A DNA stretch of 64,000 nt, taken from the NCBI GenBank assembly GCA_043228905.1, contig JBHGNT010000020.1, forward strand, positions 13,330,001-13,394,000, in the 5' to 3' direction. Below the pieces are notes generated by a model, which did not search any database, had not been told where the DNA came from, and was given only the letters and a program-made list of their open reading frames with translations. Position 1 is the stretch's first letter. Each line of letters opens with the position of its first letter. Both the position numbers and the translations under genes were made by a program. Below, one piece after another: positions 26,471 through 38,800 of this stretch. This DNA comes from Azolla caroliniana. Lineage: Eukaryota > Plantae > Polypodiophyta.

Positions 26471-29400
26471 AATGATATTTGGAGTGTGTATATTTTCTAA
26501 GGATCATTAATATTTTCTATTTAAGAAAAAATATTTTTTCCATGAAATTTTCTGATCATTTCATAGTTTGATTCTCAGAGTACAGTTGTGCTGCAAGATT
26601 AAGTTTTTCAAAGAAAGAAAGAAATATGTATCAATGTCTACTACAGTAAACTTTTCAAAGAGAGATGAACCTAATTAATTATTTGGTTTATTTTCAATGC
26701 TGAAATTGATAGGAGTGAAATATGAAAAAGAGAAGAAGATTGTTACAGTAACCAAGAAAGGAAGAGCTGTCCTGGATGAACATTTACCAGATGATGTGAA
26801 GTCTCGATATCATGTCTTAGGGAAGGTCAGCGAGATTCTTTTGTGTGCTGCAGATGTTATTTTCTGGCTATTTCCAAGATGGATCATAGTTTTTTATGAT
26901 TATCTTTTTCCTGGTCCAGGGTACGGATATTTATGATGCAATGCTGAATCAAACTAATGTTGGTGGAAACAATAATAAATTCTATGTGATTCAAGCGTTG
27001 GGTAAGATACTATCATGTATTTGGTGCTACCATGAATGAAACTAATGTTAGTGGAAACAATAATAACCTGTTATGTGATTCAACCGTTGGGTAATATCTG
27101 AGATAAATATAATTCACATTAACTTCCATATGATTTGATAGTAGGTAATGTCTACACAGATACATTTCATTTGATTCTTTAAAATGTTTCATCCTTATTC
27201 TTATTATCGTTTGGTTGCAGAACCTGATTGTGGAAGCGGTGGTTATCTTGTAAATAATCGCTGGGGAAGAGTTGGTGCCAAGGGTCAATTTAAATTGTTT
27301 ACTTGTTCCTCTAAAGCTGATGCTATAACAGAATTTGAATCCAAGTTTTATGACAAAACACACAATCAGTGGGCAAATAGGCAGAATTTCAACCCAGTAA
27401 AAAACAAATATACTTGGCTTGAGAGAGACTACACTGATGGCTCTGAAGACTCAGATTCGAATATCAAGGTTAAGACAAATTATATCATACTTCATACTTA
27501 CTAACAAGTAGAATATTAAACTTGTGAATCTTTGATTAATCTTGATAATTTCCATACTTATTCATAATACAATTATAAATGATTTTGCAGAACAGTGAAG
27601 GGAAGCTAAAGTCTGTAGTTAAGTCTCCACGAGAAAGCAAGTTAGATAGCAGACTGGCACAATTTATTTCTTATATCTGTAATATTGATATGATGAGGCA
27701 GCAGATGTTGCAAATAGGTGACTACTTACGTGACCTTCCTAACGAGTTGAGGTTTGGTGTAGTTTCCTATGATTATTTATGTTTTTCATTTTCTCAATCA
27801 TATTGCAATAGGTTATGATGCAACGCAGCTGCCACTTGGTAAATTGAGCAAATCAACAATACTCAAGGTTTTATTCTCTTCATATTGCTATTATTTGACT
27901 TAACTGAAGTAATTAACATCATCTTAGTCTTGTGTCTTTTGTTATTCTTGAACAGGGTTATGAGTGTTTGAAGAAGGTTGGTGCTGTATTAGATAAGACA
28001 ACACAAGGATCAATAGAGCAATTAAGCAGGTAACATGATGATTTGTAGATGTATTTAATGTTTTTACTTTTATAAGTGTTTCTCTACATCCTCTCTTTGT
28101 TAGTAATGGCAGATATACTCTTGTGCAGCGATTTTTACACAGTGATTCCACATGATTTTGGATTTCAAAAAATGAGTAAGGACATAATTAGTTACAAACC
28201 CTTTGGTTGTGAACTTTTGATGAGGTAATGGTGAAATCTAATTTAACATTCATTGCCATTGCAGGAAGTTTTATAATTGACACACCTCAAAAATTGAAAC
28301 GAAAACTGGAAATGGTATGCCACATTTAAGGATTAATCAGCATGCAGGCGAGATCTGATTTTCTATATGCATTGCAGGTAGAAGCACTTGGTGAAATTCA
28401 ACTTGCTACAAAGCTACTTAAAGATGTTAAGGAAGAGGTTTGACACCCATCCCTATTGTAGATGTTAGAAACTCCTCTTAATTTCGACCGACTAGAGGAT
28501 GTCTACCTTCCCTCTACCCCAAGTCACTCATTTCTAGACAAAGTTCATATATCTATGCATTCATATTAAGTCTAAAGCCAAGCTTCTATGTGTGAGGATT
28601 GTTCATTCCATGGTACTTATAATGCACTTACACTACATATGCGAAGAGTTCTTGGCGGTTTTTTCTGGAAAGTAAAAGTCTTTATTGTGAAAGGTATGGT
28701 TGATTAGGACTAACATGATTAAGTGCTAGAGAAATCTTATGAAAGTGTTGTTGGTGTGAACAAGCGCCAACTGGTTAGACTAACTGCCTGCTGGATAAGA
28801 ATGAACGTTAGCGTAACACGATTGAGTGCTAGAGAAATCTTATGAAAGTGTTGGGTGTGAACAAGCGCCGACAAGCCCCTTATGAACAATAGGAAGAGGT
28901 GTATTCATGATGGTAGTTGGGTAACTGGTTAGACTTAACTGTGTACTGTATAAAAAAGAACCTTAGAACATAGTCTAGGGTCTAGCCATCATTACAGCCT
29001 CTGAGTTGTAACTGTATCTGCTTGCCTAGGAGCACATGAGACATAGCTCTCCTTGTTACAAACTTCTGTTGCTATCATGCCAAAGTGCTTTGCATGGTAT
29101 ATAACCGTTTTAATTCATCTCTTTAGAATTGACTTGTTCAATCCTCATGTATTTCTGCTATATAATAATTTTAGGTATTCACAAACACTGTATCTTGCTC
29201 AGTAATCTTAGGTAACCATCAACCAGATGGATTTGGATTCTTTTTCCCACAATTACTGTCACAACAGAAGCTGTAAATGTTTTGAAATTTCCCTTGTAGA
29301 CATCACACTTGAGATTGTGTCAGGGTGTTTTTAAAGTTGATGGCCGATTTTGTGTATACTTGTATCTTATGATACTTCCAAGAGTTCTCGATGACATGTC

Positions 29401-31785
29401 CGACATTTTAAAGAGAGCATGGTTAAATTTGACTATTTGTCTGTGCAGGATGATCCAATTTACAATCACTATAAACAACTCAATTGCCATCTTGAACCAC
29501 TGCAGCATGATAGTGAAGAATTTAACTGGGTATTTTCTCATCTTTTGCAATCTCTATACCTGATTTTCCAGGGATGTAACATTTTAGTATTAATTCATTA
29601 TCTTAACTCTTATTTACTATTTGGTGAGGTGCATTTAAGAGGTTGATGATCTATAAAATTCACCAAGATCTACTTATTTATATACACCTCCATAGCCTGC
29701 TTTTTAGAATCCTTCATCCTTGGAGTGAATGAATAGTAGTCTAGGTATACATAATCATCTAGTTTCAAATTAAGAACCTTCATACTAATCCTCCTATTTA
29801 ACTTCCAGATAAATCAGTATCTCCATAATACTCATGCAAAAACTCATAACCAGTATGAACTTGAGATTATTGAAGTGTTCAAGGCAAAGAGGGACATAGA
29901 ACAGGAAAATTTCGAAAGGGTAAGAGAAACTCATATATCGCTCTGTCCATGTTCAATTCCTCCACATTTAATGAGCATATTTTTATTGTAATAACCTGAT
30001 TATGTGCAGTTCACCAGTGTAAAGAACAGAATGCTCCTTTGGCACGGTTCAAGGTTGACAAATTGGACAGGAATCTTGTCACAGGGTATGGATGTTTGAA
30101 TATTTATAAACCAAAAACATCTCCATAGATCAAGGAGATATGATAAAATTCACCATCCTTCATGACTTTTGATGAACTGAAATGAATACGTAACAGGTTT
30201 GAGAATAGCTCCTCCAGAGGCCCCAGTTACAGGCTATATGTTTGGGAAAGGTGTATATTTTGCGGATATGGTTTCCAAAAGTGCAAATTATTGTTATGCT
30301 TCTCACGTGGATCCAGTTGGAGTACTTTTGCTTTGTGAGGTCAGTCGTGGTGCCTAAAAGTTTGTAACTAAAATAAAACAAAAAAGACGTCGTGTCGTTT
30401 ACCATCTTCAGTTTACAGGTGGCACTAGGAGACATGTGGGAATTACAAACTGCCAACTATAATGCTAACCAACTTCCCCCGGGAAAACTAAGGTTTGTTA
30501 ATAGAACAAATGTTCCTTGTTTTAAGGACATCCCTTCTTAATGGTTACTATTGTTTCAAGGACATGCCTTCTTAATGGTTACGATTGTTTGAAGGACATT
30601 CCTTCTTCATGGTTATTTTTGTTTTAAGATCATTTTCAAACGTCCAGAACTCACCTTAGTTGGGATAGTGAGTTGGGGACGAGGTTAAGAGCATTCAATA
30701 TCATCTTTAGAACACCTTTTTAATGAGGTCAATAGTATCAGACTGAAACCATATTGCTAAAGAACAATACTGTTGCTGGAAAGAGATTGATCAAAGCAAA
30801 TCATCATGTAAATTCTTTGTTTAGATTTCTTTCCTATCAACTGTTGATGGTAGGATTATACCCACATATACACTTTGGAAGATGCTAATGTTTCCTCTGG
30901 CTTTTGTTAAAACCGCTGATAAATTTTCATATTTTTAAGGCTATTTGTGTTTTGTTTGGGAGTCTGTATAGGATTCTTCCAAGTTTAGAGATCAGCAACC
31001 TACATTTATAAGATATATTAAGACAGGGTCTCTAACCACAAAGCTCTAAGCATACACCATGGAGTCAATGGAATGTGTGATGTTTACCATATATTAGTGT
31101 TTGATAAGAGGAAGAATGAAATAGCAAAATCTTAGGATAACTAAAGCAGAGATAAAAAAACCATCAAAGCAATCTGAATTGATCACAGAAAACAAGCTAT
31201 AGCGGAGATGAAAGCCCCAAATTTGATCACCCTTTCTTTCTCATTTGTACACTATAAAACTTAGGGGCAGTTTTGAAGGTTTTCAATGCATGCTAAAAAT
31301 CTTGAGGACTCCTCTCTATGACATTATCATCATATATGTAATATAGAGGATATGTACAAGTTAATCTTTTAGTATTATGAAGAGATTTGTGCATGTTCAT
31401 AATACACGCCAGTTAGTTTCAATTTTATATGCATGAAAACTGTGAGCATAAATAAACTAATATTAATCCTTTCAACTGTGGCAGCACCAAAGGTGTAGGA
31501 GGAACTGAACCTAACCCCAAAGATATTAAGATTCTCCCTGGTGGTGTGATTGTTCCAATGGGAAAACCAGTAAAAAGAGAAGGGGATATAGTAAGCTGAA
31601 ATTTGAACTCCCATGTATTTTACACTATTATTTCATTCGCAAAATAAAATTATTAGTTAAAATATTGATGAGTTTTGAGTTTTTTGCAGGGATCTCTACT
31701 ATTATACAATGAGTACATTGTATATGATGTATCTCAAATTCAAATGCGCTATGTATTGCAAGTGAAATTCAAGTATCACAGCTGA
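22803..31785 (+). CDS. PARP2: Poly(ADP-ribose) polymerase, plant PARP2 type (6xSAP-WGR-regulatory-catalytic), 19 exons, ~980 aa
   Basis: Exons 22803-22901, 23688-23780, 23862-25068, 26713-26825, 26920-27001, 27221-27468, 27591-27717, 27812-27867, 27956-28029, 28129-28175, 28265-28314, 28378-28437, 29449-29529, 29809-29919, 30010-30085, 30197-30339, 30419-30492, 31485-31590, 31690-31785 (2943 nt, phases consistent). Motifs: [54 protein letters not shown] (H-Y-E triad intact). Confidence 0.95.
24000..25000 (+). repeat. Coding tandem repeat, 5 units of 222 nt (one spacing of 210 nt), each encoding a SAP domain plus linker
   Basis: Unit anchor codons GAT/GAC of 'D.(F/L)T..ELR' at 24021, 24243, 24453, 24675 and 24897. 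Confidence 0.92.
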
Positions 31786-32345
31786 TGTATAATTGAGAGT
31801 ATTTTGATTGTAATGTTGTAATATATGTATATATATATATGTATATCTTCCAAGAGTTTTTACATCATACATTTATATAAAATTTCCTATTGATTCTATT
31901 TCATGCATCAAACGTTATTCGGATGCAAAAGTTGTGGTTTGTTATAAAGTTGTAGTTTGTAATGAGGATCATTTTGGAAATGGGTGAAAACCAAGAAATA
32001 CATTGTCCATCAAGGTGTGGTTAAGGTGCATGCATGATGCCAATTGGTTTATCAAGGGGAATATTGTAGAAATTTTGAATGAATTCATGTCTTGTAATAA
32101 TGGTGAGCCATTATAGCCAGAGAAGTAAATAATGGGTTTGCAAATTATGAGACACCGCTACAGCAAGATTGCTAAAACGATACAGATTCATTATATGGGG
32201 AGGCTTTGCAAGTTGTCTAAGATAATTGCAATATAATGGGATTGGGTGGTGAATTATTGCAATGGTACTGTACTTGTTGAAGAACAACAATATGCATGAC
32301 AAATTTTCACCATTGAAGGTGCCCTATGCATTAATTGTTTTATAG

Positions 32346-32524
32346 TTCAGAATGGTATCAATAGCTATAGCAGTCTTTCCAGTTTGTCGGTCTTGGATGA
32401 TCAGTTCCCGTGACCTATAGGATCTGGGCTATCCACCGCTTTTAACCCTGTTTACATGGTTTCATGGACAGGTTTTTGTGCTATAATCCGAGAGACTTTG
32501 ACTTCTACACATCTTCATTCTACT
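32346..32524 (-). pseudogene. atp1: NUMT: fragment of mitochondrial atp1 (ATP synthase alpha)
   Basis: Minus strand reads [65 protein letters not shown] and TAIAID are the mitochondrial-type residues; plastid atpA has VYE, LIAIDS and TAVATD. Confidence 0.88.
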
Positions 32525-32554
32525 GTGTTTGAAGATAGAGACAAGCTTCTTTCT

Positions 32555-32870
32555 CCATATAAAGCTCTTTGTATGGGAATTGTAGAAACTGTATAATCTA
32601 GCAGTACGCTGCAGTCTTTTTTGATGCCTTCTTAGTATCTGGAACCATGTGGTACGGTTCTCCTGCCACTCCAATGGAGTTGTTTGGACCTAGGTATTAC
32701 CAATGGGATCAGGGATATTTTCAACAAGAGATGGATCGACGAATCTGCTCTAGCAAGACTGAAAATCTGAATCTATCCGAAGGTTGGTCTAAGATTCCAG
32801 AAAAATTAGCCTTTTACACTTACATTAGTAACAACCCAGCTAAAGGTGGATTATTTAGAGCAGGTGCATG
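32555..32870 (+). pseudogene. psbB: NUPT: fragment of plastid psbB (CP47)
   Basis: YKAL.MG.VETV.SS..AAVFF...[35 protein letters not shown]...[28 protein letters not shown], with stops and indels. Confidence 0.95.
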
Positions 32871-34329
32871 AATTGCAATAGTAATGTACTTGTTGAAGAA
32901 TGTTAATATATATGTAAGGATATTTTGGCATTAAGCCAAAAACATGGTGTGTGGGACCAAAAAGCATACAAAACAAATAAGAAAGCAGGGGTACAACAAA
33001 GCAGAAGGAATATTGGAAACGAAAATGAAATGAAGTTCGTAAAGAATTCGTGAGATTGGAACTCTCAAGTGATATTGTATCACATAATCATAGTCAAGAA
33101 TTTGCATATTGCCCGTCCTATTTGGGAACCATGCCTTATCACTAGATGGATGTCTCATTTCTCTATTGACTTATGACTATGGCTATGTTACATTTGAATG
33201 CTCTCCTATTTATGATGAATAGTAAATTTATTGGTCCAGTTATTGCTTGATATGTGAATCCCTTTGGGTGGGGTTATGAACTGCTAGAAGTCTATGTTTC
33301 TACTTGATTGGTAGTCAATGTTGGTCTAGTTGATTAGTAAAATGTTGTCAATATTATATATATATATATAATCTATCTATCTATGTATATATGTATATGT
33401 ATATCTATCTATCTATATATGCATATATATATGTTTTTCCCAATAATGGTTTATATTATGTCTAAAGCAATTTACATGATACTTCAACATAGGTTTTTAC
33501 CTTTTCAACTGCTCTTAGATTGCCATTTACATACATAACTCCCAAAGCAGTACCAAGAACAATTATACATAGTCACATGCCTCATGTCAGTGGAGGAAAT
33601 ACCTAGAGAGGTGGATGATACCTCCAATTTATACAACCATTAACCATGCATCCTTTGCCATCTCTTCTTAAACACCTCTTGCTTTCGAAAGACTATATTT
33701 GAATCACCCTTGATGGCATCATATTCTCCTTTTAGTGTATGCACCAAGGTAAGCCAAACCTCTGTTCGGCTGTGATCGATCGATTGTCTCTCTTCGCCGG
33801 CTGGCTTTCCCTCGACCGTCACTCACTCCGTCGTTGCTCCACCAGTTCTCAGCCATTTCTCGACCGTCTCATGGCTGTCACTCAGTCGTCTCTTGGCCGC
33901 GTCTCGACTGCATCTCGATTGTCATTCGATTGTTTGGATTTATCTGTGGCAGTGTCTGTGTCTGTGTCCGGTAGGCTGCCGAACGCCCAAACCATCTTCG
34001 TTTGGAGGCTGCTTTCTAGGTCGCCTTTGGCTGCCGACCATTTCTATCCGGGTCGAATCGAACCGTGACTCATCTCTTGGTGTGATTCAAGCAACATATT
34101 GCCATTATTATCGGTGATCTTAACACATGCCACATGGACGTCCGCTTGGGTGGGGTCGAATCCTCCAATGAGATCTCACCTTTTAAGAGCTCGTTCCATA
34201 GGTTAGATACTCTTTTGGTACCTTGGGACTTTCCCAATTGGGAAAGCATTTCCGATCTGTGGGCAAGGCGGGTAGCGAGCCATAAATCTTGTGGAGAAAC
34301 ACATGTTTTCTCACTAGAGCATAATTTAG

Positions 34330-35671
34330 TGTTGGGTCTATCCACTCAAGTGGAGCCCACAACGTGAAGGGTCAGCTGAGAGCCGAAGGGCCGATTGAGA
34401 GTTGGCGGAGCATTGCTCAGCCGATTGGGAGTCGGCTGAACATCGAACGGGTGTGGGGCCAAAATGGAGAAAAGTGATAATTATTTATAATTATATATAC
34501 ATATGCCTTTTTCCTTGTATGTTTTTTGATGTGTGTCTTTTGTGTGTGAGAGTGTGAACACAGGTATATAAACGTTGGACAATAAGGAGAAAAACATAAA
34601 AAGGAGGAGGAAAGAGAGCGGGACCTGATTTTTTCAGAGAATATAGAGCAAAAATAGAAATAGAGAGAAAAAAAGACAAAAAAAAAGAAAACAAAAGAGT
34701 GAGAACAAGCGGAAGAGCGTTCTAGCAAAGTGAAGACAAATACCCGTGAGGGATTGGTCGTGCTGATAGAGAACCACGACTGTACAACACCTCTCCTATC
34801 TACTCGCATTCAAGTTCCTTCGTTTCGTGTTGTTTTCTTGTTTCCTATTTTGCTAGTTTTTCTATCCACCAAGTTGGGTGAAGAATTATAAGGTTATTTG
34901 CTTACTGATTTATCCACCCAATCGGGTGAGGATCGTAGCCAAGGCTGTTGCCTTAAGGCTAGCATATTTCTTGTGCTTATCATTGTTATATCCACCCAAT
35001 CGGGTGATGATCGTAGCCAAGGTTATTGCCTTAAGGCTAGCACATTTCTTGTGCTTATCATCGTTGTATCTACCCAATCGGGTGAAGATTGTAGCCAAGC
35101 ATGTTGCCTTAAGGCTAACACATTTCTTGTGCTTATCATTGTTGTATCCACCCAATGGGGTGAAGATTGTAGCCAAGGCTGTTGCCTTGAGGCTAGCACA
35201 TTTCTTGTGCTTATTGTTGTTATATCCACCCAATCGGGTGAAGATTGTAGCCAAGACTGTTGCCTTGAGGCTAGGACATTTTTCTAGTCAAAACCTAGAG
35301 AGTTCGTACTCATTTGTACCCACTATTGTGTAGCCAAGGCTGCTGCCTTGAGGTTTGTACCTTCCTCTAGTAAAAACCTAGAGAGGTTGTACTTAGCTTG
35401 TAATCTTTGTTATTCTATCCACCCGATTGGGTGAAGGTTGTAACCAAGGCCATTGCCTTGAGGAAGATACACTCCTCTAGTGAGGTCATATTCCATTGTA
35501 CTCCAAATTATAGTGAAGTTGTTTGGAACCTACGGTTCCCATGGTTTTTCCCTACTTTGGGTTTTCCACCTTAAAATTTTTGGTGTACTCTCATTTTCGT
35601 CTTGTGGTTTCATCTAGTGTTAATTGTTTTTGAAGTTTAAATCATCCCAATTCAATCTCATATTCCCAACA
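34330..35671 (+). mobile_element. Solo LTR (1342 bp) with 5-bp TSD
   Basis: Termini TGTTGGG...CCCAACA form an inverted repeat, flanked by TTTAG at 34325-34329 and 35672-35676. Confidence 0.88.
34905..35465. repeat. ~81-bp tandem array (5 clear units plus degenerate ones) inside the solo LTR
   Basis: tatccacccaatcgggtgaagattgtagccaaggctgttgccttaaggctagcacatttcttgtgcttatcattg recurs; the ORF track shows a matching 27-aa periodicity. Confidence 0.9.
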
Positions 35672-35885
35672 TTTAGCCCATGGGACATCTTTGGATTGGT
35701 TGTCCTCGATGACAGTTTCGGTGGAAGAAGACAACGCAGGTTCCATTCTAGGGTTTATTGTCGGATTGTCTTTAGGAATGAAATGTTTGTGGCAGGAGGA
35801 AAGAACAGAATGAGAGGTATCTTGTATCTGCAAAGATACAAGAGATTTGAGGAGGCTGTTGATATATAATACCTTGTGGGAGAGA

Positions 35886-38800
35886 TTGTGGCAACGGTAG
35901 CGCCCCGATATTCAGCCTCAGTGCTCGATAGAGCCACAATTGGCTGCTTTTTGCTTCTCCACGCAACAGCCATGCTACCTAGAGAGAACATGAATCCAGA
36001 AGTGGATTGTTGATCCGGCGCATCTCTGGCCAGTCGACATCCGTATAACAGACCAGCTTTTCGGTTATACCGTGTTGATATAACAATCCTCGATCCTTAG
36101 TGCCGTTGACATACCTCAATATTCGGTGCGCGCACTGAAGGTGCTCCACGATCGGCTTCTTCATAAATTGGTTGATCGCTTCAACCGGATAACTAATGTC
36201 GGATCGGGTGATTGTCAAATAAAGGAGGCTTTCGACAATTTGTCGGAACCGTTTCTCATCACAGGCCAGTCCGGAGTCGGGAAGAAGTTTTAGGTTCCGG
36301 TCTAGGGGTGTGGAGACTAGTCGGCAATCCGTCATGCCAAACTTGTATCGCATATTCAACACATAATGTCCCTAAGATAACAATATGCCGTCGGGGGTAC
36401 GGATCACTTTGATCCCGAGGAAGTAATGAAGGTCCCCCAGATCCTTCATTTCGAAAGCGTTCGACATCTCGGATTTCACTCGGCCGATTTCAACAAGTCC
36501 GGGTCCGACGATGACTAGATCATCGACGTATAATAAGATACATATCAGACCTTCTGGACCTTTCTAGATGAACAACGAAGAGTCTAACTTTGAGGCCGCA
36601 AACCCCATCTTACGCAACCGGTGTGTGATCTTCGAATTCCAAGCACGAGAGGCTTGCTTCAGCCTGTAAAGGGACTTCTTGAGCCAACACACTGCCGACT
36701 TGTTCATCTCTGACTGAAAACCGGGGGCTGGATCATGTAGACCCGTTCTTCAAGGTTACCTTGAAGAAACACATTCTTCGTGCGTCCATTTGGTGAAGAT
36801 GCCATCCGCTTGCCGCAACAATCGCTAGCACCACACGAACCATTGCCATCTTCGCTACTGGAGCCAAGGTCTCGTTGTAGTCGATTCCGTGGGTCTGCAC
36901 GTATCCTTTGCCCACTAACCGGGCCTTGTACCGATTGGCCGAACCGTCAACATTGTACTTTACCTTGTACACCCACTTGTAACCGATCGGTTTGCAATGT
37001 TGGGGAGGGTCAACCAGGTCCCATGTGTCGTTGGCATCAAGTGCCAATGTGCGTCCTCTACCGCTTCTGCGTAGCTCTCTGGCTCACACACTTCCGCCAC
37101 TTTCATCATATACGCATTGGGGTGCGCCATGTACTCATTTTAACCGTACCTTTTTACGGGGTTCTTCTAGTGGGTTGATTGACGCAACTTCGCGTTCGCC
37201 GATGGCAAGGCCCTCTTGGCCGGCTCAGACTTTGTTCCCGAAGGTCTGTTTGGAGTTTGATTCTTCTGGTGTCATACTCCGACATTTTCTTCTTCTCTTT
37301 CTTTTTGTGCGTGAACCGTCTCCTCGGTTCCTTGTGTGGGGAGAGCACGACCGAGTCTCCACTACTCGTCAGCTCCTCATTGGATTGGTCATTCCGACTC
37401 AACCGCTCATGCCGCCCACTTAGTCGGAATGAGACCAGACTCTCATCTAGAGTACCAAATCCTTCTTCATCTTCTGCCCATATCGTTTCGGGCTCACTAG
37501 CCTCATCCTCTAGAATTGGGCCGGACTCGGACATCGGAGTCGGGAGAAAGTACCATGACGCCGACTCATCAAATTCGACATCTCGATTCACTCGAACTTG
37601 TTTTGTTCGGGGGTTATAGCAATTAAACCCTTTTCCTCAAGTGAGTAGCCGACAAGGATGCATTTCTCTGACTTCGGCTCCAGCTTTCTCCGCTTCTCAT
37701 CCGTCATAGGCATATAGGCAATGCTACCGAATATCTTAAGGTGCCCTAAATTCGGCTTTTGCACGAATTACAGCTTGTGTGCTGACACCTTATCCCGGAT
37801 CCGGTTTTGGATGTAGACTGCCGTCCAAACCGCTTCGACCCAGTAGAACTTGGCCATGCTCTTCTCTTCCAACATTACCCGTGCCACCTCCACAACTGAC
37901 CGACTCTTTCAGCCACACCGTTTTGTTCAGGTGTATATCTGCAACTGAATTCTCTTTGAATTCCCATTTGTTGCAGACAAATGTTGAATTGGCTAGAAAA
38001 ATACTCTTTTCCGCCATCCGACCGCAGACACTTGATCTTCCTCTCCGTTCCTCGTTCTACAAGACTTTGCAGGACCTTCTGGAAACAACCAAAAACTTCA
38101 CTTTTCCTTTTGATTAGGTAGATCCATGTGTGTCGGCTGTAGTCGTTGATGAAGGAGACGAAATATCAGCTCCCGCCAAGGCTAACGTTCTGTGTCGGTC
38201 CCAATACATCTAAATGTATTAGATCGAACTTGTTACGGCTCCAGTTTCTTTCGGTGGAGAAGGGAAGCCAGTGTTTCTTCCCGAGCTGGTAGGTTTCACA
38301 AATTTGGGCTTTCTGACCACTGAATTTTGGCAATCTAAAAACAACTTGTTTCGATTGCAAGTCTTGAAGTATCTGATAGTTGACGTGGCCGATCTGCTTG
38401 TGCCACAAGTCGATATCCGATTCGACCTTCTGTCCTTTTGCGAACATAGCGGTTCCAACGTCGTTGGTGTCGAGGATGAACATCCTCTTGTCTCGGTGCC
38501 CTTGCACGATGATCCATACCTCTTCCTCAATGAAACACCCGAGGAGCGTAAACTACATCTGCATCCCTTGGTCGACAATCTGCCCGACCGACACCTGGTT
38601 CTTTGTGATTGTCGGGACATGAAGCACATTCATAAGCTTCCCTTTTTGTCCGACATGCACGATTGGGTGAGGAGTGTCGTCGCCGGTTTCAACAACTCCT
38701 AGTTGCTCTGGCTTTTCCAAAAATGAGAACCACTCTTCATGGATCGTCATGTAGTTTGATGCTCCGGAGTCAACGTACCACACTTCCTCGGATCATTGAG

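Noticed and set aside
22803-32870. A functional link between PARP2 (DNA repair) and the adjacent organellar insertion, or a PIE1-ATG18-PARP2-S40-BOI 'stress gene cluster'
   Set aside because: Adjacency alone is not evidence. PARP acts in trans, and the genes belong to unrelated families separated by transposons.
34905-35465. CRISPR-like regularly spaced repeat
   Set aside because: Whole units repeat with no unique spacers, there are no cas genes, and the context is a eukaryotic LTR.
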